A DNA stretch of 64,000 nucleotides from Clostridiales bacterium UBA4139. Its GTDB lineage: Bacteria > Bacillota > Clostridia > Lachnospirales > Anaerotignaceae. Location: positions 9,646 through 73,645 of the forward strand of contig DFWH01000014.1 of assembly GCA_002380805.1 (NCBI GenBank), read 5' to 3'. Position 1 is the first letter of the stretch, and the number at the start of each line of letters is the position of its first letter. The notes under the pieces are model-generated. The model was not told the DNA's origin. It saw only the letters and a program-made list of their open reading frames with translations, and made no database searches. A program made the translations under genes and the position numbers. Positions 20,156 through 29,516 of this stretch are shown piece by piece.

Positions 20156-21175
20156 ATGAGAAGTAGAAAACGGATCTATATGGGCGTGATTTTAGGGGTT
20201 TTAGCGTTATCTATTTGGTTTTATTTTGGGAAAGAAGAAAAAACAAAAAGTATACAAATAGGGGTTTCGTTATACTTGGAGGATGATACCTTTGTGGAGA
20301 AGATTTTAAGTGCTATGGAGCAAGAAGCCCTGGCTTATGAGGAGGAAACAGGCACAAACATTATTTTGAATGTGTCCGTCGCCAATGGAAGTCAGAGAAC
20401 GCAAAATGAGCAAGTAAAGCGTTATATTGAAATGGGATACGATGCAGTTTGTGTTAACCTAGTAGATAGAACAAACGCAGCAGCCATCATAGACTTGGGC
20501 GTTTTTGAGGATAAAAGTATACCCATTGTGTTTTTTAATAGAGAACCCGTTGCAGAGGATATTATGCGGCGTGATATGGTGTATTATGTTGGGGCGGATG
20601 CCAAGCAGAGTGCAGTCTTACAAGGGGAATCAGTGGTAGAATGCTACCACAAATACCCAAAGCTGGTGGACAAAAATGAAGACGGTGTGTTGCAATATGT
20701 GATGTTGGAGGGGGAGATGGGCCATCAAGATGCCATAATGCGCTCTGATTACTCTTTGCAGACTATCGTCAACATGGGTGTGCCCCTACATAAACTTGCT
20801 TCAGGAACGGCAGATTGGAACCGTAAGCGGGCCTCGGTTTTGATGGAGCAATGGACAGAGAATTACGGTGATGAGATAGAGCTGGTTCTTTGTAATAATG
20901 ATGATATGGCACTAGGTGCATTAGATATCTTGAGTAAAGCTGGCATAAATGCAGCAGTATTTGGTATAGATGCAACGGATGTAGGCATGCAGGCCCTTGA
21001 AGAGGGTGCCCTTTGGGCAACCGTAGATTGTAATAGTCAGGAACAGGGGCAAGCAGTTTTAAGGATTGCGGCAGATTTGGCTACAAAAGGCACCTTGTCG
21101 GATGATTTAGAGCTTACGCAGGAAAGGTATGTAAGGGTTCCTCTTATTAAAAAAATCAGTCCCTCTTTAGGATAA
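20156..21175 (+). CDS. Galactose-binding (MglB-like) protein, probable sensory partner of the TCS
   Basis: VFFNREP, DKNEDGVLQ Ca-loop, CNNDDMALG; TM anchor without lipobox. Confidence 0.8.
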   Translation: MRSRKRIYMGVILGVLALSIWFYFGKEEKTKSIQIGVSLYLEDDTFVEKILSAMEQEALAYEEETGTNIILNVSVANGSQRTQNEQVKRYIEMGYDAVCVNLVDRTNAAAIIDLGVFEDKSIPIVFFNREPVAEDIMRRDMVYYVGADAKQSAVLQGESVVECYHKYPKLVDKNEDGVLQYVMLEGEMGHQDAIMRSDYSLQTIVNMGVPLHKLASGTADWNRKRASVLMEQWTENYGDEIELVLCNNDDMALGALDILSKAGINAAVFGIDATDVGMQALEEGALWATVDCNSQEQGQAVLRIAADLATKGTLSDDLELTQERYVRVPLIKKISPSLG

Positions 21176-21208
21176 AAAAACACAGAGGTTAGTGACCTCT
21201 GTGTTTTT
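21175..21208. terminator. Bidirectional terminator between convergent genes
   Basis: AAAAACACAGAGGT-tagtg-ACCTCTGTGTTTTT; right arm lies inside the yjdF coding end. Confidence 0.75.
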
Positions 21209-21608
21209 CTTTTCGTTTTTGTTGTTTTAATTGAAACTGCCGCTCTTTTTCAGCTTCCCGCTGTTCGCGGGTATGCTTTTTTCGTTCTGTTTTTTTCTGC
21301 TCTAGTTGAAGCTTTAGTGCCTGTTGTGCTTTTGTACCAATCCCGGAAGTTTGAATTTCTTTTTTAACTTGTCGCTGCATTCTTTTAGGGTTGATACGTT
21401 GTTTTACTAGGGGTGTTGCGTCGGTGGGGGGACTAAACCTTAGCTTCTCGAAATTTTTCAATAAAAAGTCGTGAGCCTCATAGTCTTTTGGTTCCCCACC
21501 AAAGACAATTCTACAAACCTCATATTTTTTGTTGCTTTCCCTTTCATATATCCCTATCCAAAAGGGCTCCTGAAAGCAAAGTGTCACTGTAAAATGAACC
21601 TTTTCCAT
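21189..21608 (-). CDS. yjdF: YjdF family protein (DUF2992)
   Basis: TVxxxFQEPFWIG, FGGEPKD, INPKRMQR, GTKAQQALK, C-term KEKHRGH; ATG 21608 after SD GGAGG. Confidence 0.9.
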   Translation of the reverse strand: MEKVHFTVTLCFQEPFWIGIYERESNKKYEVCRIVFGGEPKDYEAHDFLLKNFEKLRFSPPTDATPLVKQRINPKRMQRQVKKEIQTSGIGTKAQQALKLQLEQKKTERKKHTREQREAEKERQFQLKQQKRKEKHRGH

Positions 21609-21631
21609 ACTGATTCCTCCTTTGATTTGCA

Positions 21632-21720
21632 ATAACAAAGAAGGGACAACCAAGGAGGCAGGTTACTGACAGCGTTGCTGCGTCCGGACTACCAACCGGA
21701 ACTGTGTTTTTATCTTTGCA
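21632..21720 (-). ncRNA. yjdF riboswitch (yjdF RNA motif)
   Basis: Minus strand TAAAAACACAGTTCCGGTTGGTAGTCCGGACGCAGC..GCTGTCAGTAACCTGCCTCCTTGGTTGTCC matches the recalled yjdF motif and lies directly upstream of a yjdF gene; boundaries approximate. Confidence 0.9.
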
Positions 21721-21725
21721 ATTTG

Positions 21726-21754
21726 ATTGTACTGCGCTTTTTTCTGTGGGTCAA
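21726..21754 (-). promoter_or_regulatory. SigA promoter for the yjdF leader
   Basis: TTGACC-N17-TACAAT immediately 5' of the riboswitch. Confidence 0.8.
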
Positions 21755-21835
21755 ATAATTTTTAGCTGGGAGGAAGAAAGATAGAACTTGTATTGTTTGC
21801 TTTGTCATTCAAAGCTTTGAATATAGCAGAGGCTA

Positions 21836-22738
21836 CTATTTTTTTACTGCTAGGCAATAGTTTACGTTGTCTGCCCCTTGCATGGTATGGTTAGGGTTAT
21901 GCTTGTTATAGGTAGCAAAAAATTGCTTTGTGATTTCAGGGGGCGTAAGGTGTTCATAAATTAAAAATCCACATTCGCAGAGAAGCTGTTCTATCTCACG
22001 GAAGGAATAGCTCGCAAGCATAGGTTCCGCTGCGCCTTGTGCCAATTGTTGTATTTGCTTTGTCTGAACGGAGTCCTTGTCATTGCTTTGATAATCAAAC
22101 ACCACGGAGCTTCCCTTTGGTAAAAGTGGGGCTAAGGAAAGAAGGGTTTTTTGAAAAATATTTTTTTGTAGATAATAGGATAAGCCAAGGAAACTACAAA
22201 AGCTCATTTGATTTTGTTTGAATTTGTGATTTTGGGTGAGTGACAAGCTCCAATTTTCTTCGCTAAAGTCAACTTGGATATAGCTGATATTTGGGGGGAT
22301 ATGAATTTCACCTCTTTCCAAACGCATCTGCTTATCCTGTGAAGTGGCAGGGTGATCCAATTCGAAAATGTAAAGATTTTTCGCCCACTTTGCTTGGCGA
22401 TAGGCAAAGCTATCGTAGCCCGCCGCGAAAATTAGGTATTGCTTTGCGCCAATAAGAGTTGCAGTTTCTAAGGCTTTTTCCGTAAAGGCTGCACGGCCCA
22501 AAGGGGTTGGTGAAAGTTTCTGATCTACAATCCAGCGTAGGGTATTTTCTTGGGTGCTTGTGGAGCTTGGGTTAAAATACTGTCTGCCATTTGTCATAAA
22601 TCCGGCAATTTTCTGATACTCCTCATCACTTAAAAGTTTTTTTGCAATGTAATCATTAAAAACATGAATGTCATTGTTTTGAGAATGATAAGCTCTGGAA
22701 AATGCACTTATCATGGCCGTAATGCTTGGGTCTTTCAT
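21836..22738 (-). CDS. Class I SAM-dependent methyltransferase (LCM-like family)
   Basis: QYLIFAAGYDSFAYR, FELDHP, LGLSYYL; ATG 22738 after SD GAGGAG. Confidence 0.85.
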   Translation of the reverse strand: MKDPSITAMISAFSRAYHSQNNDIHVFNDYIAKKLLSDEEYQKIAGFMTNGRQYFNPSSTSTQENTLRWIVDQKLSPTPLGRAAFTEKALETATLIGAKQYLIFAAGYDSFAYRQAKWAKNLYIFELDHPATSQDKQMRLERGEIHIPPNISYIQVDFSEENWSLSLTQNHKFKQNQMSFCSFLGLSYYLQKNIFQKTLLSLAPLLPKGSSVVFDYQSNDKDSVQTKQIQQLAQGAAEPMLASYSFREIEQLLCECGFLIYEHLTPPEITKQFFATYNKHNPNHTMQGADNVNYCLAVKK

Positions 22739-23222
22739 AAAATCACTCCTCTCTATTATGTAATACATCAATCAGGATGTCATGACAAGACTTGAAAAAT
22801 CGGGTTTTTTGTGGTATAGTAATAGCATAAACTATTAAATTTTTTAAAACCATCTCTCCGAAGGGATGGTTTTTTTGTTTGTGGGAAAGAATACTCTTTG
22901 TTCTTGCAATGAAATTTCATATTATGGTTTTGTTAAAGGGGAAATCTATTTAGTGCATTATTTTATGAAAAATAAATAGTACAAAAGTTAACTATTAATA
23001 ACATAAAATTAACGAAATGATATCGTTTTTTGTCATTTTCGCCGATAAAATCAAAGAAATTTTAAGACTATGTGAAAAAAATTATATGTATCCTTTAAAA
23101 ACCCTTTGTTATAATATGACTATCGACACATGGAAGGGAAAATAGGTTGGTTCCGTTGTCGTAAAGAATGAGAATGAAATTATTGTCACGCGAGAGGACA
23201 AAACCAAGAGGAGGAGTAAAAC

Positions 23223-24257
23223 ATGAAGAAAAGATTTTTTGCGTTGCTTATGGCATCTGTTATGATGCTGGGCTTGGCGGCTTGTGGAAGCAGTAGTAGC
23301 AGTGGTGAAGCTGAAGGTACAGATTCCGCAGAATTGCCAAAGATTGGTGTATTGATCTACAAGTATGATGATACATACATCTCTACTGTTAGAAATGCTT
23401 TGCAAGAAGCATTGGACGGTAAGGCTGATGTAATCATGCAGGATGGTAAAGGCGATCAGGCTACACAGAACGACCAGTTAGATGTATTGATTGAAAAAGG
23501 CGTTGATGTACTTGCGGTAAATATGGTTGATGCAAAAGCGGCTAGTGGCGTAGTTGAAAAAGCAAAGACAGCAGGTATTCCTACTGTATTCTTCAACAGA
23601 GAACCGGACACAGATGTAGTTAAATCTTTCGAGAAAGCTTGCTTTATTGGTACAAATGCAGCTGATGCTGGTAAGATGCAGGGCGATATCATCAAGGACT
23701 TGTTTGACGCTCACCCTGAATATGACTTGAATGGTGATGGTAAGGTTCAGTATGTAATGTTCCAGGGCGAACCTGACAACCCTGAAGCAATCGCTCGTAC
23801 ACAGTATAGCGTAGAGCAGGCTGTTGCAAATGGCGTTCAGATGGAACAGGTTGGTCAGACTCAGGTATGTAACTGGGATACAGAAACAGCTCAGAAAGCA
23901 ATGGAGGCTATGCTTGCATCTAACGAAGGTAAGATTGAATTGGTAATCGCTAACAACGATGGTATGGCAATTGGTTGTATCGCGGCTCTTTCCAACATTG
24001 GCTACAACACAGGTGCTGAAGGTGCAAAGTTCATCCCTGTTGTTGGTGTAGATGCAACTGATGCAGCAAAAGAAGCTATTTCTCAGGGCACAATGAGTGC
24101 AACCGTACTTCAGGATGGTGTTGCAATGGGTAACGCTATTGCATCCGTAGTATTGAACTTGGCTAAAGGCGCTGATTTCTTAGAAGGCACAGATTATGCT
24201 TTTGATGAATCTGGCGTAGCAGTTCGTATTCCTTACGCACCTTATACTGGACAATAA
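23223..24257 (+). CDS. mglB: Galactose/methyl-galactoside ABC substrate-binding lipoprotein
   Basis: Lipobox LAAC, YKYDD, FFNREP, DLNGDGKVQ Ca-loop, ANNDGMA. Confidence 0.92.
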   Translation: MKKRFFALLMASVMMLGLAACGSSSSSGEAEGTDSAELPKIGVLIYKYDDTYISTVRNALQEALDGKADVIMQDGKGDQATQNDQLDVLIEKGVDVLAVNMVDAKAASGVVEKAKTAGIPTVFFNREPDTDVVKSFEKACFIGTNAADAGKMQGDIIKDLFDAHPEYDLNGDGKVQYVMFQGEPDNPEAIARTQYSVEQAVANGVQMEQVGQTQVCNWDTETAQKAMEAMLASNEGKIELVIANNDGMAIGCIAALSNIGYNTGAEGAKFIPVVGVDATDAAKEAISQGTMSATVLQDGVAMGNAIASVVLNLAKGADFLEGTDYAFDESGVAVRIPYAPYTGQ

Positions 24258-24291
24258 TCTTTCTTTTGAAGCAATAGAACATTTAAAATTA

Positions 24292-24326
24292 AGAACGCAC
24301 AGTGGGGGTTCTCCACTGTGCGTTCT
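24292..24326 (+). promoter_or_regulatory. mglB-mglA intergenic stem-loop (mRNA stabiliser or partial terminator)
   Basis: AGAACGCACAGTGG-N7-CCACTGTGCGTTCT with no following U-tract. Confidence 0.6.
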
Positions 24327-24354
24327 GCAATAAAAGAAAGCGTGGTGAACTGTA

Positions 24355-25860
24355 ATGAGTGAAGGACAGCAAGAATTTGTTTTGGAAATGACGGGAATTG
24401 AAAAACAATTTCCGGGGGTTAAGGCGTTGGATCAAGCTATGCTTAAGCTACGTCCGGGTACCGTCCACGCTTTGATGGGAGAAAACGGAGCTGGTAAGTC
24501 AACATTAATGAAGTGCTTGTTCGGTATCTATAAAGAGGATGCCGGGGAAATTATAATCGAAGGGGAGAAAATTCACTTTTCAGGCCCCAAAAATGCTTTG
24601 GATAATGGTGTGGCCATGGTGCACCAAGAGTTAAACCAGGTTTTAAAACGTAGTGTTATGGAAAATATTTGGTTGGGGCGTTTCCCCAAAACGGCTGGAA
24701 TCATTAGCCATAAAACCATGTATGAAGAAACGAAAAAAGTATTTGATGATTTAGATATACCTGTAAATCCAAAAACAATCATCGGTAAGCTGAGTGTATC
24801 CCAGCGTCAGATGGTTGAAATTGCAAAAGCAGTATCTTATAATGCGAAAATTCTGGTGCTTGACGAACCAACGTCATCCTTGACACATGAAGAGGTAGAG
24901 CATCTTTTTGAAATCATTAATAAATTACGCGATAAAGGCGTTGCAATGGTTTATATTAGCCATAAGATGGAAGAGATTCTTCGTATTTCCGATGAAGTAA
25001 CAATCATGAGAGATGGTAAGTGGATAGCAACGGAAAAGGCAGAAGATTTAACGACAGATAAAATTATTAAACTGATGGTTGGACGTGATTTAACTGAGCG
25101 TTTCCCGCCCAAAACCAATGTTCCGGGGGATGTGGTTATGGATGTTAAAAACCTTTCGGGAAGATACACTCCTAGCTGTCAGGATGTGAGCTTTGAACTT
25201 AGAAAAGGCGAAGTGCTGGGCATTGCAGGGTTAGTAGGCAGCCGCCGTACAGAGCTTATGGAATTGATATTTGGCATTGCCCATCGAGGAACAGGGGAAA
25301 TTACCAAAGATGGCAAAGTAATAAATAATAAGTCGCCAAAAGAGGCAATTCAAAATGGCTTTGCTATGTTAACAGAAGAGCGCCGTGCGACAGGTATTTT
25401 TGGGGGGATGAGTATTACATTTAACTCCGTAATTGCCAATTTGAAAAGCTATAAGGCGGGTCCTTTCCTTTCTGATGGAAAGATGAAAAGTGATACAAAA
25501 TGGGTTATTGATAGTATGCGTGTAAAGACCCCTAACCAAAGAACCCATATTAGAACTCTTTCTGGTGGTAATCAACAAAAGGTTATCTTAGGCAGATGGC
25601 TATTAACCAAGCCGGATATTCTGCTTTTGGATGAACCAACCCGTGGTATTGATGTTGGTGCAAAGTATGAAATCTATCAGTTGATTTTAGACCTTGCCAA
25701 CGAGGGTAAAAGTGTTATGATGGTATCCTCTGAAATGCCAGAACTTTTAGGTATTTGTGACCGTATCATGGTAATGAGTAACGGACGAGTTGCAGGTATT
25801 TTGGATATAAAGGATGCAAGCCAAGAAGAGATTATGCGCCTGGCGGCTCAGTTTGTATAA
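24355..25860 (+). CDS. mglA: Galactose ABC transporter ATPase
   Basis: Tandem ABC domains, [30 protein letters not shown]. Confidence 0.95.
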   Translation: MSEGQQEFVLEMTGIEKQFPGVKALDQAMLKLRPGTVHALMGENGAGKSTLMKCLFGIYKEDAGEIIIEGEKIHFSGPKNALDNGVAMVHQELNQVLKRSVMENIWLGRFPKTAGIISHKTMYEETKKVFDDLDIPVNPKTIIGKLSVSQRQMVEIAKAVSYNAKILVLDEPTSSLTHEEVEHLFEIINKLRDKGVAMVYISHKMEEILRISDEVTIMRDGKWIATEKAEDLTTDKIIKLMVGRDLTERFPPKTNVPGDVVMDVKNLSGRYTPSCQDVSFELRKGEVLGIAGLVGSRRTELMELIFGIAHRGTGEITKDGKVINNKSPKEAIQNGFAMLTEERRATGIFGGMSITFNSVIANLKSYKAGPFLSDGKMKSDTKWVIDSMRVKTPNQRTHIRTLSGGNQQKVILGRWLLTKPDILLLDEPTRGIDVGAKYEIYQLILDLANEGKSVMMVSSEMPELLGICDRIMVMSNGRVAGILDIKDASQEEIMRLAAQFV

Positions 25861-25876
25861 AGGGAGGTAAGATAGT

Positions 25877-26878
25877 ATGGATAAAACAAAAAAGTGGAAT
25901 GTGATTTTATTAGATTACGCCCTTTATCTAATTTTAGGTATTATGATTATCGGCGTTGTTATTGCGGACAGCTCATTCCTTTCTATGAATAATATGTGGA
26001 AAATACTTTCCCAGGCTTCTACTAGAGGTATTTTGGCATTGGGTGTAGCTGGTATGATTGTTCTTGCTGGTACAGACCTTTCCGCAGGGCGTATTTTAGG
26101 TTGTGGTGCAGCCATTTCAGCGTCTTTGTTGCAAAGTGTAACATATGCTTCTCGTATGTATCCACAAATTACAGAACCATTGCCAATGATAATTCCTCTG
26201 TTATTATCAATTGCTGTTTGCGTTGCGTTCTGTTTAATCAATGGTTTTGGTGTAGCAAAACTTCATATGCATGCATTTATCATTTCTTTAGGTACTCAGC
26301 TCATTGCCTACGGTGTACTGTGTCTGTATATTGATAGCCAAAAGGGTGGTGCTCAGCCAATTGCCAGTCTGGATCCTAGATACATCAGCTTGGTTAATGG
26401 GAAGTTTTGGGGTGTGCCAAACCTTGTATGGTTCCTAATTCTTTGTGCAGTTGTAATGTGGGTAATTTGGAATAAAACAACATTAGGCAAGAATATGTTT
26501 GCCATTGGTGGTAATACTGAGGCCGCAGCTGTTTCTGGTGTAAATGTTGCGAAAAATATAATGATGGTTTACCTGGTTGCAGGTGTGCTTTATGGTATTG
26601 CTGCCTTCTTGGAAGCAGGGCGTATTCAGAGTGTTACCACATCAACAGGTTTGAACTATGATTTGGATGCAATTTCAGGGTGTGTTATCGGTGGTGTTTC
26701 ATTCTCTGGTGGTGTTGGTACGATCCCTGGGGTGCTGATCGGTGTTATCATTTTGCAGGTAATCAATTATAGTTTATACTACTTGGGAGTTAATGCTTAT
26801 TTACAATATGTAATCAAAGGTTTGATTATTATCCTTGCAGTTGCAATTGACGTAAGAAAGTATATTGCGAAAAAGTAA
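25877..26878 (+). CDS. mglC: Galactose ABC transporter permease
   Basis: GTDLSAGR, AIGGNTEAAAVSGVNV, CVIGGVSFSGG. Confidence 0.95.
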   Translation: MDKTKKWNVILLDYALYLILGIMIIGVVIADSSFLSMNNMWKILSQASTRGILALGVAGMIVLAGTDLSAGRILGCGAAISASLLQSVTYASRMYPQITEPLPMIIPLLLSIAVCVAFCLINGFGVAKLHMHAFIISLGTQLIAYGVLCLYIDSQKGGAQPIASLDPRYISLVNGKFWGVPNLVWFLILCAVVMWVIWNKTTLGKNMFAIGGNTEAAAVSGVNVAKNIMMVYLVAGVLYGIAAFLEAGRIQSVTTSTGLNYDLDAISGCVIGGVSFSGGVGTIPGVLIGVIILQVINYSLYYLGVNAYLQYVIKGLIIILAVAIDVRKYIAKK

Positions 26879-26976
26879 TAATCCTCTTTACAATGTTAGG
26901 GAGGAAACGTGTTTATCATGATTCCCTCCGGATTTTTTTCGGGGGGAATTTTGCCAATTAAAAGATGGGGGAGCCT

Positions 26977-27231
26977 ATGGATAATCAAAATAGAGATGAC
27001 ATCGCCTTATCTGCTGAGGTGTTAGAACAAAAACAACAAGAACTTGAGTTGAAAGAAAAGGAACTTTCGGAAAAAGAAAGTATGATTAAAAAGGCTGAAG
27101 AGCGTATTGCTAAGGCAAAGTATAATCTGTATGACAAAATAGATGTCTCTTTGGGCACCATGGACAAGGTGATTGGTATCGTGGCATTAGCTTTAGTAGC
27201 GGCTATCCTTTATGCAATTGTAGGCCGCTAA
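26977..27231 (+). CDS. Small hypothetical protein, coiled coil + C-terminal TM helix
   Basis: ATG 26977 after GGGGAG (alt. 26965); stop overlaps the next ATG (TAATG). Confidence 0.7.
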   Translation: MDNQNRDDIALSAEVLEQKQQELELKEKELSEKESMIKKAEERIAKAKYNLYDKIDVSLGTMDKVIGIVALALVAAILYAIVGR

Positions 27232-27245
27232 TGAAAGGAGAAAAA

Positions 27246-28511
27246 ATGGGAATTTATACATTAGATGAAAAGGCTTTGTTAGATGCCTATCCAAGGTTTC
27301 AGAAAGATAAAATATATTATGAAAATCGAATTCAGAGGGTCATTGAGGGATTTCAGAAAAATTTTTGCAAGGAAAACCCTAGAATTTTCAGTGCCCCAGG
27401 GCGGACGGAAATCGGTGGTAATCATACAGACCATCAGCATGGGTGCGTGTTGGCGGCAGCGGTGGATTTAGACATTTTGGCGGCGGCATTGCCCAATGGA
27501 ACGAATACAATCCGGGTGCTGTCAGAGGGCTTTGCTCCTGATGAAGTGAACGTGCAGGATTTGATTGTGAAAGAGGAGGAGCGGAATACTTCTGCATCCT
27601 TAATACGTGGGGTTGCTGCAAGAATTATTGCGTTGGGTTATCAAGTAGAGGGATTTGATTTGTTTGCAACTTCCAATGTTTTGAAAGGCTCAGGCCTTTC
27701 CTCATCAGCGGCGTTTGAAGTGATTTTGGGTACTGTTATGAATGGGTTGTTCTGTCAGGGGGAAATTAGCCCCGTGGAGATTGCACGTATTGGACAGTAT
27801 GCGGAAAACAAATACTTTGGAAAAATGAGCGGCTTAATGGATCAAACGGCTTCTGCCGTGGGTGGTGTAGTAGCCATTGATTTTCAAAACAACGAAAACC
27901 CTGTTGTTAAAAAACTGGATTATGACTTTAAAGTTTCGGGTTATAGCCTTTGTATTGTTGATTCTGGGGCAGACCATGCTGATTTGTCAGATCAGTATTC
28001 GGCAATACCCATGGAGATGCGAGGAGTTGCCAAAAAATTGGATGCTGAGGTTTTACGGGATGCTGATCCAAAGCAGTTTGTTGCCAAACTTGCAGAAATT
28101 AGAAGTCAATTGGGCGATAGAGCGGTTTTTCGGGCATTACATTTTTTTCGAGATAATCAAAGGGCAATTGAGGAAGCAGAGAGTCTAACTAAGGGAGATT
28201 TTTCACATTTTCTTTCCCTTGTGAACCAATCAGGCATTTCCTCGTTGATGTATTTGCAGAATGTTTCTGTGGAAGGAAGTGTGAAAAACCAAGAGGTTTT
28301 ATATGCATTGATGGCATGTGACATTTTGCTTGGTGGACAGGGTGCTTTCCGTGTTCATGGGGGAGGTTTTGCCGGAACTGTGCAGGCTTTCGTGCCCAAC
28401 GAGCGGTTGATTGAATTTAAAAATGGAATTGAGGATATGGTGGGGGCAGGAAGTTGCCATGTACTTTCTATCCGTATGGCTGGCGGAGTTGAATTGACAA
28501 AGGAGGGTTAA
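27246..28511 (+). CDS. galK: Galactokinase
   Basis: APGRTEIGGNHTDH, GSGLSSSAAF, SGLMDQ, GGGFAG (GHMP kinase); ATG 27246 after SD AAGGAG (alt. 27231). Confidence 0.9.
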   Translation: MGIYTLDEKALLDAYPRFQKDKIYYENRIQRVIEGFQKNFCKENPRIFSAPGRTEIGGNHTDHQHGCVLAAAVDLDILAAALPNGTNTIRVLSEGFAPDEVNVQDLIVKEEERNTSASLIRGVAARIIALGYQVEGFDLFATSNVLKGSGLSSSAAFEVILGTVMNGLFCQGEISPVEIARIGQYAENKYFGKMSGLMDQTASAVGGVVAIDFQNNENPVVKKLDYDFKVSGYSLCIVDSGADHADLSDQYSAIPMEMRGVAKKLDAEVLRDADPKQFVAKLAEIRSQLGDRAVFRALHFFRDNQRAIEEAESLTKGDFSHFLSLVNQSGISSLMYLQNVSVEGSVKNQEVLYALMACDILLGGQGAFRVHGGGFAGTVQAFVPNERLIEFKNGIEDMVGAGSCHVLSIRMAGGVELTKEG

Positions 28512-28514
28512 AAT

Positions 28515-29504
28515 ATGGCGATTTTAGTTTTAGGTGGAGCGGGATATATTGGCTCTCATACAGTTTACGCCCTTTGTGAAGAAGGTCGGGATGTTGTTGT
28601 GGTTGATAACTTGGAAACAGGTTTTGCGGCAGCAGTTCACCCAAAAGCTAGATTTTATAAAGGCGATATTAGCGATAAAAAATTCATAAACGGCGTTTTT
28701 CAAAAAGAAAAAATTTCTTCGGTGATTCATTTTGCAGCATATTCGTTGGTGGGAGAAAGTGTTACACAACCCCTGAAATATTATGAAAACAACCTTTGCA
28801 AAACACGGGATTTCTTAGCGTGTATGGTGGCAAATGGCGTTGACAAAATTGTGTTTTCGTCAACGGCTGCAACTTATGGTGAGCCAGAGCAAGTGCCCAT
28901 CATGGAAAGCGACCGAACAAAACCAACAAACCCTTATGGTGAAACAAAGCTTGCCATGGAAAAAATGTTTCACTGGGTGGCAGAGGCTCATGGAATTCGT
29001 TATGTGTCATTACGCTACTTTAACGCTTGCGGTGCCCATGAGGGCGGAGAAATTGGAGAGGCTCATAGCCCTGAAAGTCATTTAATACCGCTAATTCTCC
29101 AGGTTCCCAATGGACAGAGAGAATATATCAGTATTTTTGGTGATGATTATCCCACACCAGATGGTACATGCGTTAGAGATTATATTCATGTGACCGATTT
29201 AGCTATGGCCCATATTTTAGCGGTGGATTATCTCGAAAATGGTGGCAGGAGTGATATTTTTAACTTAGGGAATGGTGTTGGTTTTTCAGTTAAAGAAGTT
29301 GTGGAAACTGCAAGGAGAGCCACAGGACATCCGATCCCTGCAAAAGAGGTGGATCGCCGCCCGGGAGATCCCGCCCAGCTAATCGCTTCTAGTAAGAAGG
29401 CGATGGATGTTTTGGGATGGAACCCAACACATGATAGTTTAGAAGAAATTATTTCTTCAGCGTGGAAGTGGCATAAAAACCACCCCAATGGATTTTTGAA
29501 ATAA
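28515..29504 (+). CDS. galE: UDP-glucose 4-epimerase
   Basis: GGAGYIGSH, FSSTAATYG, YGETK, LRYFN. Confidence 0.97.
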   Translation: MAILVLGGAGYIGSHTVYALCEEGRDVVVVDNLETGFAAAVHPKARFYKGDISDKKFINGVFQKEKISSVIHFAAYSLVGESVTQPLKYYENNLCKTRDFLACMVANGVDKIVFSSTAATYGEPEQVPIMESDRTKPTNPYGETKLAMEKMFHWVAEAHGIRYVSLRYFNACGAHEGGEIGEAHSPESHLIPLILQVPNGQREYISIFGDDYPTPDGTCVRDYIHVTDLAMAHILAVDYLENGGRSDIFNLGNGVGFSVKEVVETARRATGHPIPAKEVDRRPGDPAQLIASSKKAMDVLGWNPTHDSLEEIISSAWKWHKNHPNGFLK

Positions 29505-29516
29505 GGAGGGGATAAA

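Noticed and set aside
23041..23048. Perfect sigma-28 -10 box GCCGATAA upstream of mglB
   Set aside because: No TAAA or YATTA element at 15-17 nt spacing; a TGnTATAAT SigA -10 near 23110 is a better explanation
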